Source: a virus
Lineage: Duplodnaviria > Caudoviricetes
Virus record (IMG/VR): IMGVR_UViG_3300017766_004544
Coordinates: 18,230-82,229 of that record
Strand: one strand, 5' to 3'
Length of the DNA stretch: 64,000 nucleotides
In this document: piece after piece, positions 27,796-37,325 of the stretch
Layout of the letters: each line of letters begins with the position of its first letter
How positions within the stretch are numbered: position 1 is the stretch's first letter
Translations under genes and position numbers: made by a program
Notes under the pieces: model-generated
What the model was told of the DNA's origin: nothing
Databases searched by the model: none
What the model saw: only the letters and a program-made list of their open reading frames with translations

Positions 27796-28557
27796 GTGAA
27801 AAAGTTGGACGCCACAGACGTCCGGGGCCTGCTCAGCTTGTTGCTTGCTGATGGCAGTTTGGTGCCATATCGCAGTCCTGGAGGGGGATATATCCAGCTC
27901 ACGCTGACAGCCGGCGCAGCGGAGTCCGCGTTTCTCGAGGAGAAGGTCGCCGAATTCCGCCAATTTGTGCCGACGCAGGCGCAGATTGTTCACTACAAAA
28001 CCAAGCCGCGCGCCAACGGCCAGAGCACCTCGGTGCTGCGCTTTCGGGTGTCATCGACTCGCCTGCGCCCCGTCTACAACTTGCTCTACCCAACCGGGGA
28101 GCGTGAGATCAGCCAGACCGCACTCGACATGCTGGGCGCTCAAGCCGCTGCCTGGCTCTGGGCAGAAGGGGCACGGCTGCACCCAGAGGGCTACGTCGAT
28201 CTTGCCCGGGTCGGCAGGACCTTCGATGAGGCCCTGCGGGTCTGCCAGTGGATTGGAGTCTTGACCGGCGCGGAGGCAACGCTGGCCGATACCCACATCC
28301 AGCCTCGCCTGCGCTTCCAAAGGCGTGAGGCCAGCAAGATCCGCAAGGCCCTGCTGCCCTACGCACCGGCGAGTCGCATTCACTTATTCAAAGAGGAAGT
28401 CTGGGATGTCAGCCTCATTCGTAGCGCTCGCACTGAGCTACTGCTTGGGGAGGGGGACCCTTGGCCTCAAGGGGGCGAAGAAGCGGCCGTGGCTCGAGAT
28501 CAAACGCCGGGAGACGGACTTGACCTACCTGAACCACCAACTGCGCATGCTCCATAA
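27796..28557 (+). CDS. Free-standing LAGLIDADG-like protein
   Basis: VRGLLSLLLADGSL and LGAQAAAWLWAEG motifs; GTG start inferred. Confidence 0.7.
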   Translation: MKKLDATDVRGLLSLLLADGSLVPYRSPGGGYIQLTLTAGAAESAFLEEKVAEFRQFVPTQAQIVHYKTKPRANGQSTSVLRFRVSSTRLRPVYNLLYPTGEREISQTALDMLGAQAAAWLWAEGARLHPEGYVDLARVGRTFDEALRVCQWIGVLTGAEATLADTHIQPRLRFQRREASKIRKALLPYAPASRIHLFKEEVWDVSLIRSARTELLLGEGDPWPQGGEEAAVARDQTPGDGLDLPEPPTAHAP

Positions 28558-28966
28558 GGCGCATGACGGCAAGCTCGAAGCGGTCTCGGACATCGTCCAG
28601 GCCGAGGGCTTCTATGACGACCGGCGGATTCGCGTCCACAGCCCTGATCTGTACCGCGTCTACGACCTGCTCTTCTTCCGGGATGAACGCCGCCTGACGC
28701 CTGAGATTCTCCAGATCGCTGGCATGCAGGGTCTGGCTGCTCTGTGGTGCGATACCGGCACGGCCTCGCGCCGCAAGGTCGTTCTGCGGTCCTGGGCCAG
28801 CCTCGAGGAAACGCAGTATCTACGTGACTGGGTTGTGGGCTTGGGCTATCTGCCGTCGCTTGTGCAAAAGGGGCGCCTCGAGTTTCAGGGCATCTACGCC
28901 GATGACCTCATTCACGATCTCAGGCAGCTCATCCCCCGCTGCAAGCTGCCAACTCTGAGGCGTTAG
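28406..28966 (+). CDS. Second free-standing, degenerate LAGLIDADG-like protein
   Basis: ALSYCLGRGTL and QGLAALWCDTG motifs; overlaps the upstream gene by 152 nt. Confidence 0.6.
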   Translation: MSASFVALALSYCLGRGTLGLKGAKKRPWLEIKRRETDLTYLNHQLRMLHKAHDGKLEAVSDIVQAEGFYDDRRIRVHSPDLYRVYDLLFFRDERRLTPEILQIAGMQGLAALWCDTGTASRRKVVLRSWASLEETQYLRDWVVGLGYLPSLVQKGRLEFQGIYADDLIHDLRQLIPRCKLPTLRR

Positions 28967-29182
28967 CTTGGCTTTGCTATTTCGATAGCAACCCCGAAGA
29001 AGAACGGCGTCAGGGGTATCTTCTCCAGGAGCTCGGATTTTTGCCGTTTCCCTGAGCTGGTGAGTGATCCGCCGTGCGTCTGATCAGCGTGCGGCGGCGC
29101 CTGGCACTTGCATTCCCAATAACTGCCAGATATTCGCTATTCGCGTATTGAGTAGCATTGCAGCATCTCTGGTGGGCATTAT

Positions 29183-29347
29183 ATGGCTCAGCAAGGAGTC
29201 CCCGACGATCAGCAAACCGGTTGCGACCTACCCGGCGCAGGAGCTGAGCAGGCCGCCGATCCACTCGATTCCGGCATGCGGCGCAAGTTCCTGAACTTCT
29301 GCCAAGAGAATCCCTGGGCCGACGAGTGCCGCATCTATGAACTCTGA
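29183..29347 (+). CDS. cp12: CP12-like miniprotein (54 aa, absent from the ORF track)
   Basis: Translated by hand, ends FLNFCQENPWADECRIYEL (CP12 C-terminal C-x8-C); stop overlaps next start (TGATG). Confidence 0.7.
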   Translation: MAQQGVPDDQQTGCDLPGAGAEQAADPLDSGMRRKFLNFCQENPWADECRIYEL

Positions 29348-30147
29348 TGGCACTAACCCAGACCCGAGCTTACGAAGACATCCGCACCAGCTACGGCGGC
29401 AGTGATACAACACTGCCCTCTTTCTTGAGGCCGTACTACGTCCAATACAACTCCATCAGCAAGTCGCGCGACCTCGGCCAGACGGACATCCTGGTTGCGG
29501 ACCTCGCTGGCGAAATTGGATCAGAAGCCGGGAGCAACACTCTGTTCTTCAAGGTGTCCCTGCCGCGACGCGTCGAGCTCAGTGTCCGCAAGCGCGCCAG
29601 CGGCGCCAGCACCGACCGGTTCCTCAGTGTTGGCATTCTCGATGGCGAGCGCAAGCCAATTCAGTTGGACGCCAGCGGCTACGCAACCGAGTGCGACGTC
29701 TACGGTACAGAAGCGTACGAGAACCTACTGGGCGTACCAGCGGGGACTTATTACATCACAGTTGCCAGCAGTCAGTGGCAGCGCATTCCTTTTGCGATCA
29801 CGGTCTCCGTCGGGCGGTACGCACTCTTAAGTGGTGCCGCCCAGGGAGCCTTTGTCCCCGGCGGTCGTATTCCACTGGTCAAGGTCATCGCAACCGCCCA
29901 GGGCAGTGCTCCACTGGAGGGGACCCTTCTGCGGCCCAGCGTGATCAAGATGCCGCAAGGCCCTGCAGGGGGTACCGCAACGCCAACCCTGACTCTTTCG
30001 ATTATGCGCGGGGTTGCCACCGGCAGCATGGTGCCTACAGGCCGTCTGATGATGAACTGGAAGCTCAGCGGAGTTGCCAGCGGGGGCGATCAATCTCAAG
30101 GAACACTCAGCAGCGAAGCGCCGTATGGCGGCGGCTACGGTTACTAA
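29347..30147 (+). CDS. Putative structural protein
   Basis: 266 aa, beta-rich, coupled to the cp12-like ORF. Confidence 0.6.
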   Translation: MALTQTRAYEDIRTSYGGSDTTLPSFLRPYYVQYNSISKSRDLGQTDILVADLAGEIGSEAGSNTLFFKVSLPRRVELSVRKRASGASTDRFLSVGILDGERKPIQLDASGYATECDVYGTEAYENLLGVPAGTYYITVASSQWQRIPFAITVSVGRYALLSGAAQGAFVPGGRIPLVKVIATAQGSAPLEGTLLRPSVIKMPQGPAGGTATPTLTLSIMRGVATGSMVPTGRLMMNWKLSGVASGGDQSQGTLSSEAPYGGGYGY

Positions 30148-30207
30148 TAGGGCGCCACTCGCTCTTCCTAGAATCATTCCATTGCCCGCGAGTGGTCCAA
30201 CGAGGAC

Positions 30208-30624
30208 ATGGCGTTTTCCCAGTATCTGGCCGATAAAATCCTGGTTTGGGTGAAAGGCACGACATTCCCCACGGCACTGTCGACTGTCTTTGTCAGCCTC
30301 CATTCCGGCGATCCTGGTACCGCTGGGACTAGCAACAACGTCCAGTCCACGATTACTGGTAGCGCCAACCGCACCAGTGTGACGACCTCTACCTTCAGCA
30401 CTGTCGGCTCCGCCCCGGGTGGCGGATTCCAGATCACGAACAATAATTCAGTTCAGATCACCACCAACGCGGCCGGTGGCGCCACGGTGACTTACTTCGG
30501 CGTGTGGGATGCCGTCACTGGCGGCAACTTCCTGGCTTCCGGTCAGCTCACCACTTCCGTCGACGTGGTCGCCGGTGACACCGTCCAATTCAACGCCGGC
30601 GCACTTGCGATCCGTCTGGTCTGA
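30208..30624 (+). CDS. Phage structural / tail-associated protein
   Basis: YLADKIL...VSLHSGDPGT...VTYFGVWDAVTGGNFL; TAGAAT 33 nt upstream. Confidence 0.7.
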   Translation: MAFSQYLADKILVWVKGTTFPTALSTVFVSLHSGDPGTAGTSNNVQSTITGSANRTSVTTSTFSTVGSAPGGGFQITNNNSVQITTNAAGGATVTYFGVWDAVTGGNFLASGQLTTSVDVVAGDTVQFNAGALAIRLV

Positions 30625-30755
30625 TGGTCAAACCCAAGAAGTCACCGACCTGCGCCATCCACAAGGAGCCGGTCGAAAAGACGACCCGTCAAGGCAACGG
30701 TCGCCGCAGTAAAGCCAGCCATGGCCGCAAGCTCAAGCGCGGCCAAGGCAAGTAA
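30624..30755 (+). CDS. Small basic protein (43 aa, not in track)
   Basis: MVKPKKSP...TRQGNGRRSKASHGRKLKRGQGK; TGATG coupling. Confidence 0.5.
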   Translation: MVKPKKSPTCAIHKEPVEKTTRQGNGRRSKASHGRKLKRGQGK

Positions 30756-30764
30756 AAGCAGGTA

Positions 30765-31214
30765 TCAGACGAAATCGATTTCGAGCTGATACTTCAGGGT
30801 CGACTGGTCCTTTCGCTCGACCACAACCCAGAGGCGATCGCCCGCCAGCACGGTGAACGGCCCTAGAGCCACCGTTACTGTTCCGCGGGCAGGCTGCTTG
30901 CGGCTCAGGCAGGTGATCGCGGCAGTGGGCGTGGCGACGCCGCCAACCTGGCGTAGTACAGCGATATCTCCCACCGCACGATGTGAGGCTGTGAAGCCAT
31001 TCTCGCTATAAGGGCGCAGCGTGACGGTGTAGGCGCCTGCGCTGGTGCCAGCTCCGGTCGTGATCTCGTATTGATCGACCGAGCCCTGGATGCCGCCAAT
31101 TCGGGAGAAGTCGCTCTTCGTGTCTCCAGCCTTGGGTCCAACCAGCTGGCCGGGGCCCGTGATCGCCCGTTTTCCGTTGATACCCTTGCGGATGATCTTG
31201 TCGATGACGGCCAT
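30765..31214 (-). CDS. Hypothetical structural-type protein
   Basis: 149 aa; TAGACT 32 nt upstream. Confidence 0.6.
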   Translation of the reverse strand: MAVIDKIIRKGINGKRAITGPGQLVGPKAGDTKSDFSRIGGIQGSVDQYEITTGAGTSAGAYTVTLRPYSENGFTASHRAVGDIAVLRQVGGVATPTAAITCLSRKQPARGTVTVALGPFTVLAGDRLWVVVERKDQSTLKYQLEIDFV

Positions 31215-31258
31215 TTGTGCTCGCCAGGTGTCTATGCGTTAGATCAAGTCTAACGAGC

Positions 31259-32425
31259 TCAGTAATCCCAGATTGCAGAAGGCTTGACTCCGGCCCGTGC
31301 AAAGAACTTGCCATTATTGCGAGTATCGATGTGGATAAATCCACGCGGGCGACCATCGCCGTAACCACCGCTCCATCGCTGTACAAGCCATTCGTGGAAC
31401 TTCTGCAGTGATTCGCCAATGGGATAGATGTCTAAGGCCATCCCTTTGACGTGATAGCTGCCCGGCACTCCACCCACCTGACTATTGATTGGTTCAGGGC
31501 GGTACCCGCTGGTGATGCCCAGTGGGCCGGCCCACGCCGTGCGGATCGCATCGAACTGCTTGCAGACCTCGATGATCGCTTTCTCCTCCGCACTGCCGGC
31601 CTTCGGGGCCCGGCGAGCGTCGTACTGCAGAATCTCACCGACCGTGACGTACTTGCCAACCGGGCAGGCGAAATCACTCCAGTTGATCGCCCCCGAAGCC
31701 GCAGGGGCGGGCTTGGCCTGCTCCTCGAGCCAGTGCGGCGTGAACAGCACCCAGCGTTCGCCGGATCCATGCAGCGTCACCCATGCATGGCTGTCGCTTG
31801 GAATCTCATCCAGCTTGCTGACTGCCAGCAGTTCGCCTTTGGCGACAGTCTTCTTGCCAGCTTCTGACAAGTAGTGGCTGTCGATCGGGGCCTTCTTGAG
31901 CAGGGTGTCCTGCTGGGCGATGAACTTCATGGTGCCGTCATCCTCTCGTTGCCAGATCTCACCTTCGCGGTGGCGGCGATTAACCAGTCCAGGCAGTGTT
32001 CTACCCCCTGCCTTGACATAAAGGCTAAGAGCCTGAGGCATCTGCTGGTAACGCTCGGCCTTTGTCGCGCCTTCCTTCAGTACCCGCGTGATGGATTCAA
32101 ATCCTGCACTTCCGTAGAACTTGGCGCCCAGGTTCCAGGCAAAGCTCAGCAAGACAGACTGCCGCTGCGGGCCCAGTCGATCCCAGCCAGGGATGCACTC
32201 CATCGCTGGCACGAACTGTGTCTTCAGCAGTTCCTGAAGATGTGCCTTGCAGATTCGGTAGTCGCACTGGTCACCCATGCGCACGGGTTCCCCGTTCGGA
32301 TAACGGGTGAGTCCGGCGCAGATCGTTGGAATGCCGACGGGATCGAGATAGGCCTCGAGTTCGATCCCCTCAAATTCCTCGATCAGGCGAGTCGCTAAGC
32401 CCAGTGTCTGCGGGTGAATCGCCAT
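31259..32425 (-). CDS. Endolysin: GH24 lysozyme + M15 Zn peptidase
   Basis: EFEGIELEAYLDPVGIPTICAG (E-x8-D-x5-T); ITSGYRP...SYHVKGMALDI...GFIHID. Confidence 0.88.
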   Translation of the reverse strand: MAIHPQTLGLATRLIEEFEGIELEAYLDPVGIPTICAGLTRYPNGEPVRMGDQCDYRICKAHLQELLKTQFVPAMECIPGWDRLGPQRQSVLLSFAWNLGAKFYGSAGFESITRVLKEGATKAERYQQMPQALSLYVKAGGRTLPGLVNRRHREGEIWQREDDGTMKFIAQQDTLLKKAPIDSHYLSEAGKKTVAKGELLAVSKLDEIPSDSHAWVTLHGSGERWVLFTPHWLEEQAKPAPAASGAINWSDFACPVGKYVTVGEILQYDARRAPKAGSAEEKAIIEVCKQFDAIRTAWAGPLGITSGYRPEPINSQVGGVPGSYHVKGMALDIYPIGESLQKFHEWLVQRWSGGYGDGRPRGFIHIDTRNNGKFFARAGVKPSAIWDY

Positions 32426-32693
32426 AAATTCCTGCGTAGCGACGCGTGGACTGCGCCATGGGCTCGCGCCCTTCCATCATTTCGACGGCCAGATGCTGTG
32501 CCGCCGATTCGCTGTAGCCCTTCGACTGCAGCAACTCATACAAACCGAAGAATGCATCCAGCCGGCTCTCGACTGATTCGCCGCCTGTCACTGTTTCGGC
32601 TGCCAGATGCTGCGAGGCTCCACGAGGAATGCCCCGGCCGGCGTATTGCCGAACCAGGGCATCAAACAGCTCGGGGCTACCGGCTAAACGCAT
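32370..32693 (-). CDS. Hypothetical protein with internal duplication
   Basis: ASQHLAAE / AAQHLAVE repeated; TAGATT 22 nt upstream. Confidence 0.55.
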   Translation of the reverse strand: MRLAGSPELFDALVRQYAGRGIPRGASQHLAAETVTGGESVESRLDAFFGLYELLQSKGYSESAAQHLAVEMMEGREPMAQSTRRYAGIYGDSPADTGLSDSPDRGI

Positions 32694-32732
32694 TCACGTC
32701 TGACGCAGTAGACCTAATCTAGCCGGGGCTGA

Positions 32733-33023
32733 TCAGAGGCCGATATTATTCAGCAACTCAGGGCGATCAGCAATCGTTGTCAGACCGGGAAGGATGTCAC
32801 GAGGATCACCACTGCCCTGCTGGACGACGGCCAGTTGCACTGCCTTCTTGGCTCGCTGAACGAGCGCATTGGCGGCAGCCTCACGGGCCTCTTCTCGCAC
32901 CCCTTGGCGCGTTGCTTCCTGCTGCAGCGACTGCTGAACTTGAGCAGGGCCAGGGCCCGCTTTCAATTCCGCAGCCACCGGGTTGAAGTGAGCAGGCAGG
33001 TTGGGCGGCAGATTTGCCATCAC
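32733..33023 (-). CDS. Hypothetical protein
   Basis: Follows the scaffold candidate closely. Confidence 0.55.
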   Translation of the reverse strand: MMANLPPNLPAHFNPVAAELKAGPGPAQVQQSLQQEATRQGVREEAREAAANALVQRAKKAVQLAVVQQGSGDPRDILPGLTTIADRPELLNNIGL

Positions 33024-33034
33024 GTTCTCCTGGC

Positions 33035-34033
33035 TCAGCCTTCAGATACCAGCACCTTGCTGCGCAGAGCCTCGGGAGTGGCTTGGCTCAGCATCTGCCA
33101 GGCGGCCGCAGGGTTGCGCTCGCTCAGGGCAGAGAAGGTGGCCCAGAAGTCATCGCCACCGCCATTGCTGGCCTGCACGTCAGGAGCGGGCATCTCCATC
33201 TGAGGGCGCTGATAGGTCGCAGGGGCGGGAGCGAAGCGGCGCTCATTGGCGGCGACTTCGGCGGCCAGGCGATCCTGGGGCAGCTCGGTGGGGTAGGGGC
33301 CCTGAGGACCGAAGAACTCGTTGACGTACTCAGCGAGGATCTCGGGGTTGGTCAGCAGCGTGTGATACGCCGCATTGTCCTCAGCCGCAGCCTCGATCAC
33401 GGTGTGCGAGTTCTGCAGTTGACCGTGGATGGTCTGCAGTTGGCTCAGCGCCTGGGCAGTCTGCTGGGCCTGGGCGAGCAGGGCATCCTCGACCACGCAG
33501 GCGTAGCGATTCAGCAGGGCAGGGGCTTCAGCACCGAAGTGCTGCAGAACCTCAAGACTTTCGCTGCTGACGCTTTGCAGATACTCGTCGCTCGCGGCTG
33601 CGCTCGGCGCGCTGCTGTAGCTCGGAGCCTGTGCCGGAATCGCCTGGGAATAGGCCGCTGTTTGTGGGTACGCTGAGGTCAGCGGCGCCGTAACGGAGGG
33701 AGCCGCCTGGTAGCTCACCGGTGCCTGCAGGTAAGCCGCCTGGGAAGGGGCTGCCTGTTGGGTCGGAGCCGAGGAGTACCCCTGGGACTGGGATTGAGGC
33801 GTCGCGCTCAAGCTGGCGAGCAGCCCCTGGTACGCCGCCTGCCAGGGATTCGCCTGGGGCACCGAAACCGGAGCTTCCGGGGAGTAAGCCGGAGCTTGCG
33901 GTTGCGCCGTCGGGTACGAAGCTGGGGCCGCCTGCTGGATCGATGGGGAGGCCACGGTCGGCGCGGCCACGCTGGATGGGATCGAGGGCTGCGGGGTCGC
34001 TACTGCCGTCGCCATCGCTGTACTGTCCTGCAT
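33035..34033 (-). CDS. Putative capsid scaffolding protein
   Basis: Follows the portal; P/A/S/Q-rich disordered N-half and helical C-half. Confidence 0.6.
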   Translation of the reverse strand: MQDSTAMATAVATPQPSIPSSVAAPTVASPSIQQAAPASYPTAQPQAPAYSPEAPVSVPQANPWQAAYQGLLASLSATPQSQSQGYSSAPTQQAAPSQAAYLQAPVSYQAAPSVTAPLTSAYPQTAAYSQAIPAQAPSYSSAPSAAASDEYLQSVSSESLEVLQHFGAEAPALLNRYACVVEDALLAQAQQTAQALSQLQTIHGQLQNSHTVIEAAAEDNAAYHTLLTNPEILAEYVNEFFGPQGPYPTELPQDRLAAEVAANERRFAPAPATYQRPQMEMPAPDVQASNGGGDDFWATFSALSERNPAAAWQMLSQATPEALRSKVLVSEG

Positions 34034-35771
34034 AGGTCAGTTCTCTCTTAAGGAATTCGAGAGCTCGATAGACATAGGGCGTCAGATCGAGCTTGGGGTC
34101 CGCCAGCAGGGGGAGATCCGGAGCCTGCGGATGCGGGGTCTGTCGCATGTTTTGAATCAGCGACAGGAAGGTTCCAATGCTTTGCTGCGTGGCTTGAGCC
34201 ATTCGGAATGGATAGCCACTGAGCATTGCACTGCGTTCTTCGTCGGTTTTATCCGGGAAGAGGTACCTGAGGGCCTCGATGCTGTTGACACCGAGCTCCT
34301 GCAGGTTTCGCACAACAATGCTTGAGTTCAGTATATCTTCTGTGGAGTCCTCGAAGACGGGGCCGAGCCAGCGCCAATCAATCTTGCGATCGCCATCGGG
34401 GATCAAGCCAACAACACCCGGCGGTAGTTGACGAGCTTGAACTGCTTCCCCGATCTGCGCCTCCAAGGCTTCCTCGAACTGCCGGTAAGCATCGCGGAAT
34501 GCGGCAACGGCTTCCTGGTATTGCTGCGCGTCCGGGAACTCTTCCCGCATGGGAACTGGTGGGCGCTCTAGGCCGATTGCCGCGGCAAAGGATTCCCGGA
34601 AGATCTTCTCCTCGTTAAAGAGCACGAGTGAGAGCAGTTTGCACAGCCCGTAGGTGAGCAGACCCCGGCACTTCCTCGATGCCGTTGTCGCAGCTCGGCC
34701 GTAGAGGGACTTGACTTCGTATGCCGTGGCGCCAGAGCTGATGCCGAGCTCATCGACGCCGCCCATGGCATTGCGCAGTTCCTCGCGGTACTGACGGGCG
34801 TAGAGGTTCTGGTCGCCGGAGACCGCATCGGGCGTGATGTAGGCCACGCGGTCCGTGGCTTCGATATTGGCGATGATCCGCGGGACCTTGACGCCACCGC
34901 CACCGCCGGCTCCCATCGGGGAACTCAGGCGTGTCGAGGGGCGATTCGCCGCATAGAAGCCAGCCTGTGAGCTGATGGTCGGGCGGAACTCCTCTCCATC
35001 ACCAGACTCGATCAGATCCTGCTTGGGACGGCTCGAGACCAGCGTGGGGTTGCCGTAGAAGGTGATATTGGCGCGGATGTTCTTGATCAGATCGTCGTGC
35101 GTGACGATGTGGTCGCTCAGCCAATCAAACTCGCCGCTGGCATCCATGCCAGTGGAGCGCATGTTGTTGAACGACTCAACGGCCGGGATGAAGCCCAGGC
35201 TGTTGCTCAGTGTGCGCGTTGAGTTGGGCGCGTAGTTCAGCGTCGTGATGCCCGCATCAAAGCTGGGCTTCTCGTTCGTGATCGACTCCTTGATGGTGTC
35301 GCGTCGAACCTGGAGCTTGACGTAACGGAGGGATCCGCCATCACCACCCGCGATAGCCGCCATGGACCCCAGGCCGTCGCGCACCGTGAAGCTGTAGATC
35401 AGCTCTACCTCCTCGAGCTGGCCAGCCGCGTCGTAGTAGGCGCGGTAGTTCTCCTTGCTGAACCACATCAGCCGGTAGGTGTCGCCGACCGGACGGAAGT
35501 ACCACAGACCCTTCCCGTCCAGCAGGAAGTCATCGATGATGCCCTCAAGCCGGGCGTCGATCTCGTTCTCTTCGATCAGCGCTGCCAGGAAGCTCTTACG
35601 AAAACCGAAGGTGTCCTGCGCTGGGTAGAACTCCAGTCCCTGGCGCAGCATGAACAACCGCATCTGCGAGAGATGCGAGTTGACCACCATCGTGTCGACG
35701 CCAGCCGTGCCATCACGCTTGCGCGCGGCCTCCAGAATGCGGCGAAAACGCTCGGTTTTGGGTTGGCTCAT
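33552..35771 (-). CDS. Putative portal protein
   Basis: Directly downstream of TerL, about 580-aa globular part plus a 160-aa tail overlapping the scaffold gene. Confidence 0.7.
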   Translation of the reverse strand: MSQPKTERFRRILEAARKRDGTAGVDTMVVNSHLSQMRLFMLRQGLEFYPAQDTFGFRKSFLAALIEENEIDARLEGIIDDFLLDGKGLWYFRPVGDTYRLMWFSKENYRAYYDAAGQLEEVELIYSFTVRDGLGSMAAIAGGDGGSLRYVKLQVRRDTIKESITNEKPSFDAGITTLNYAPNSTRTLSNSLGFIPAVESFNNMRSTGMDASGEFDWLSDHIVTHDDLIKNIRANITFYGNPTLVSSRPKQDLIESGDGEEFRPTISSQAGFYAANRPSTRLSSPMGAGGGGGVKVPRIIANIEATDRVAYITPDAVSGDQNLYARQYREELRNAMGGVDELGISSGATAYEVKSLYGRAATTASRKCRGLLTYGLCKLLSLVLFNEEKIFRESFAAAIGLERPPVPMREEFPDAQQYQEAVAAFRDAYRQFEEALEAQIGEAVQARQLPPGVVGLIPDGDRKIDWRWLGPVFEDSTEDILNSSIVVRNLQELGVNSIEALRYLFPDKTDEERSAMLSGYPFRMAQATQQSIGTFLSLIQNMRQTPHPQAPDLPLLADPKLDLTPYVYRALEFLKRELTYAGQYSDGDGSSDPAALDPIQRGRADRGLPIDPAGGPSFVPDGATASSGLLPGSSGFGAPGESLAGGVPGAARQLERDASIPVPGVLLGSDPTGSPFPGGLPAGTGELPGGSLRYGAADLSVPTNSGLFPGDSGTGSELQQRAERSRERRVSAKRQQRKS

Positions 35772-35780
35772 GGGTCTAGT

Positions 35781-37325
35781 TTAGGTCCATTCGATTTGCG
35801 CAGCTCCGCGCTTCATCAGCCCCTGCACCACGATATTGAGGCTGTCGGCGCAGTCGTCATGGGGGCTATGGCCGAAGTTCGTGATCTCATCGATCATGTA
35901 GCTGAAATCGCGGTACTTGTTGAAGATGATCTTCTTCGCCTGGAACAGGCCGAGGATGCCGCGTAGTCGTGCGAGCTTGTCGCCGCGGAAGCCCTTCACA
36001 GGCGAGATGTGCAGGTTGTACAGCTGCCATTCGTTGAACAGCACGCGCTTGAGGTCCCCCTCGAAACTCTTCTGATAGGCCACGACCTCAGGCCAGATCG
36101 TCACCGCTGAGGCTGTCGGGAAGTACTGGCCGTCATCGTTGACCGCCAGCAGGTTCCACTCCATCAACAGCTCGCACAGCGCCTCGACCTTTTCGATGTT
36201 GCCCATCGAGCGCATGCGCCTGTAATCGATGATGTAGCACTTGTCGTCGACCCGCCCGGCCAGCGTGAACACGGTCCAGTCGTTCCGCTCGCTCATGCCC
36301 GCGGAGAGGTCGATCCCGACACCGACCATGTCATAGGTATCCGGCACCTCGCCCCGTACAAACAGCTCCGGACTGACGCCCAACTCCGTCGAGCGCACCG
36401 GCTGGTTCAGGTACTGGTACGAGAACGAGATCCGGTCGTCATTCTGCAGCTTGAGCAGGTACTTGGTGGACCACATCTCAGGCCAGTAGGACTTGGGGCG
36501 GCCGTCCTCGTCGTAGCGCAGTGCCGACTGGACAACCGTCTTCCAGCCCTTCTTCTCGGTGTAGATGGTCGAGAACAGGTCGTCAAAGTGGAAACGCGTG
36601 CCCAAGGCGATGGCCCGGGCACCCTGGAACATGGTCGGCACAATCACCGCATTCCAGTTGTTCTCCATCTCCCGGCGGATGTCCGGGTTGGCGATGGATG
36701 CTGCACTCTTGATCGCGTCATCCACCACGATCAGCGAGCTCCGCTTGGAGGTGATCGTTCCCTTCAGGCCAGCGCAGGCGACCGTGAAGGCGTCCTCCCC
36801 TCGGACGTCGATGTCAGCAAAGTCCCAGTCGATCCCCCACAGTTCGTCCGAGGTCCTGGTCTTGGACAGCCGCACGCACGGAAAGATCTCCTGGTAGGTC
36901 TTGGAGAGGATCAGGTTCTTGATGGCCGCACTCTTGTTGCGCGCGACGTCCACGTTGTACGACACGTACAGGATGCGCAGCAGCTTCTTGGCCAAGGCGT
37001 GCCTGCCGATCAGCCAGCCCAGCAGCAGACCCAGCACCGTGCTTTTGGCGCTGCCTCTGGGGCTGAGTAGGCAGGTATTGGGGCCCGCGATGTCGAGCAG
37101 ATGCTCATTGCTGTGCCCGGTCAGGAAGGCCCTATGCCATTCCTTCATGTGCCGGGCGGGGGGCTTGCCCATCAGCTCACAGAAGTAGCCGAAGTTCTCC
37201 CGCGCCTTAAGGACGTGCGGCGGGAGGACGGGCTCCTCGACGACCACCTCTGGCTGCTTCCTGATGCTTTGAGCCGCCTTGAGCGCACTGCGTTTGCGCG
37301 CCAGGGCAATCGATACGCCTGCCAT
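35781..37325 (-). CDS. terL: Terminase large subunit
   Basis: PRGSAKST (Walker A), LIVVDD (Walker B), GTRFH, GIDL and HDDCADS nuclease motifs. Confidence 0.92.
   Translation of the reverse strand: MAGVSIALARKRSALKAAQSIRKQPEVVVEEPVLPPHVLKARENFGYFCELMGKPPARHMKEWHRAFLTGHSNEHLLDIAGPNTCLLSPRGSAKSTVLGLLLGWLIGRHALAKKLLRILYVSYNVDVARNKSAAIKNLILSKTYQEIFPCVRLSKTRTSDELWGIDWDFADIDVRGEDAFTVACAGLKGTITSKRSSLIVVDDAIKSAASIANPDIRREMENNWNAVIVPTMFQGARAIALGTRFHFDDLFSTIYTEKKGWKTVVQSALRYDEDGRPKSYWPEMWSTKYLLKLQNDDRISFSYQYLNQPVRSTELGVSPELFVRGEVPDTYDMVGVGIDLSAGMSERNDWTVFTLAGRVDDKCYIIDYRRMRSMGNIEKVEALCELLMEWNLLAVNDDGQYFPTASAVTIWPEVVAYQKSFEGDLKRVLFNEWQLYNLHISPVKGFRGDKLARLRGILGLFQAKKIIFNKYRDFSYMIDEITNFGHSPHDDCADSLNIVVQGLMKRGAAQIEWT

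Noticed and set aside
25375-27993. Capsid as two separate genes, a pseudogene, or the track ORF 27271..27993
   Set aside because: Intron core elements and an in-frame splice junction explain the break; the track's 5' extension overlaps the divergent LAGLIDADG gene.
28974-29264. UUCG hairpin at 28974-28991 as a terminator, and ORF 29010..29264 (-)
   Set aside because: The hairpin has no U tract; the ORF overlaps the cp12-like gene on the other strand and has no recognisable motif.
35781-37325. Intein or intron in terL
   Set aside because: The ORF is continuous, of ordinary length, and shows no splicing motifs.
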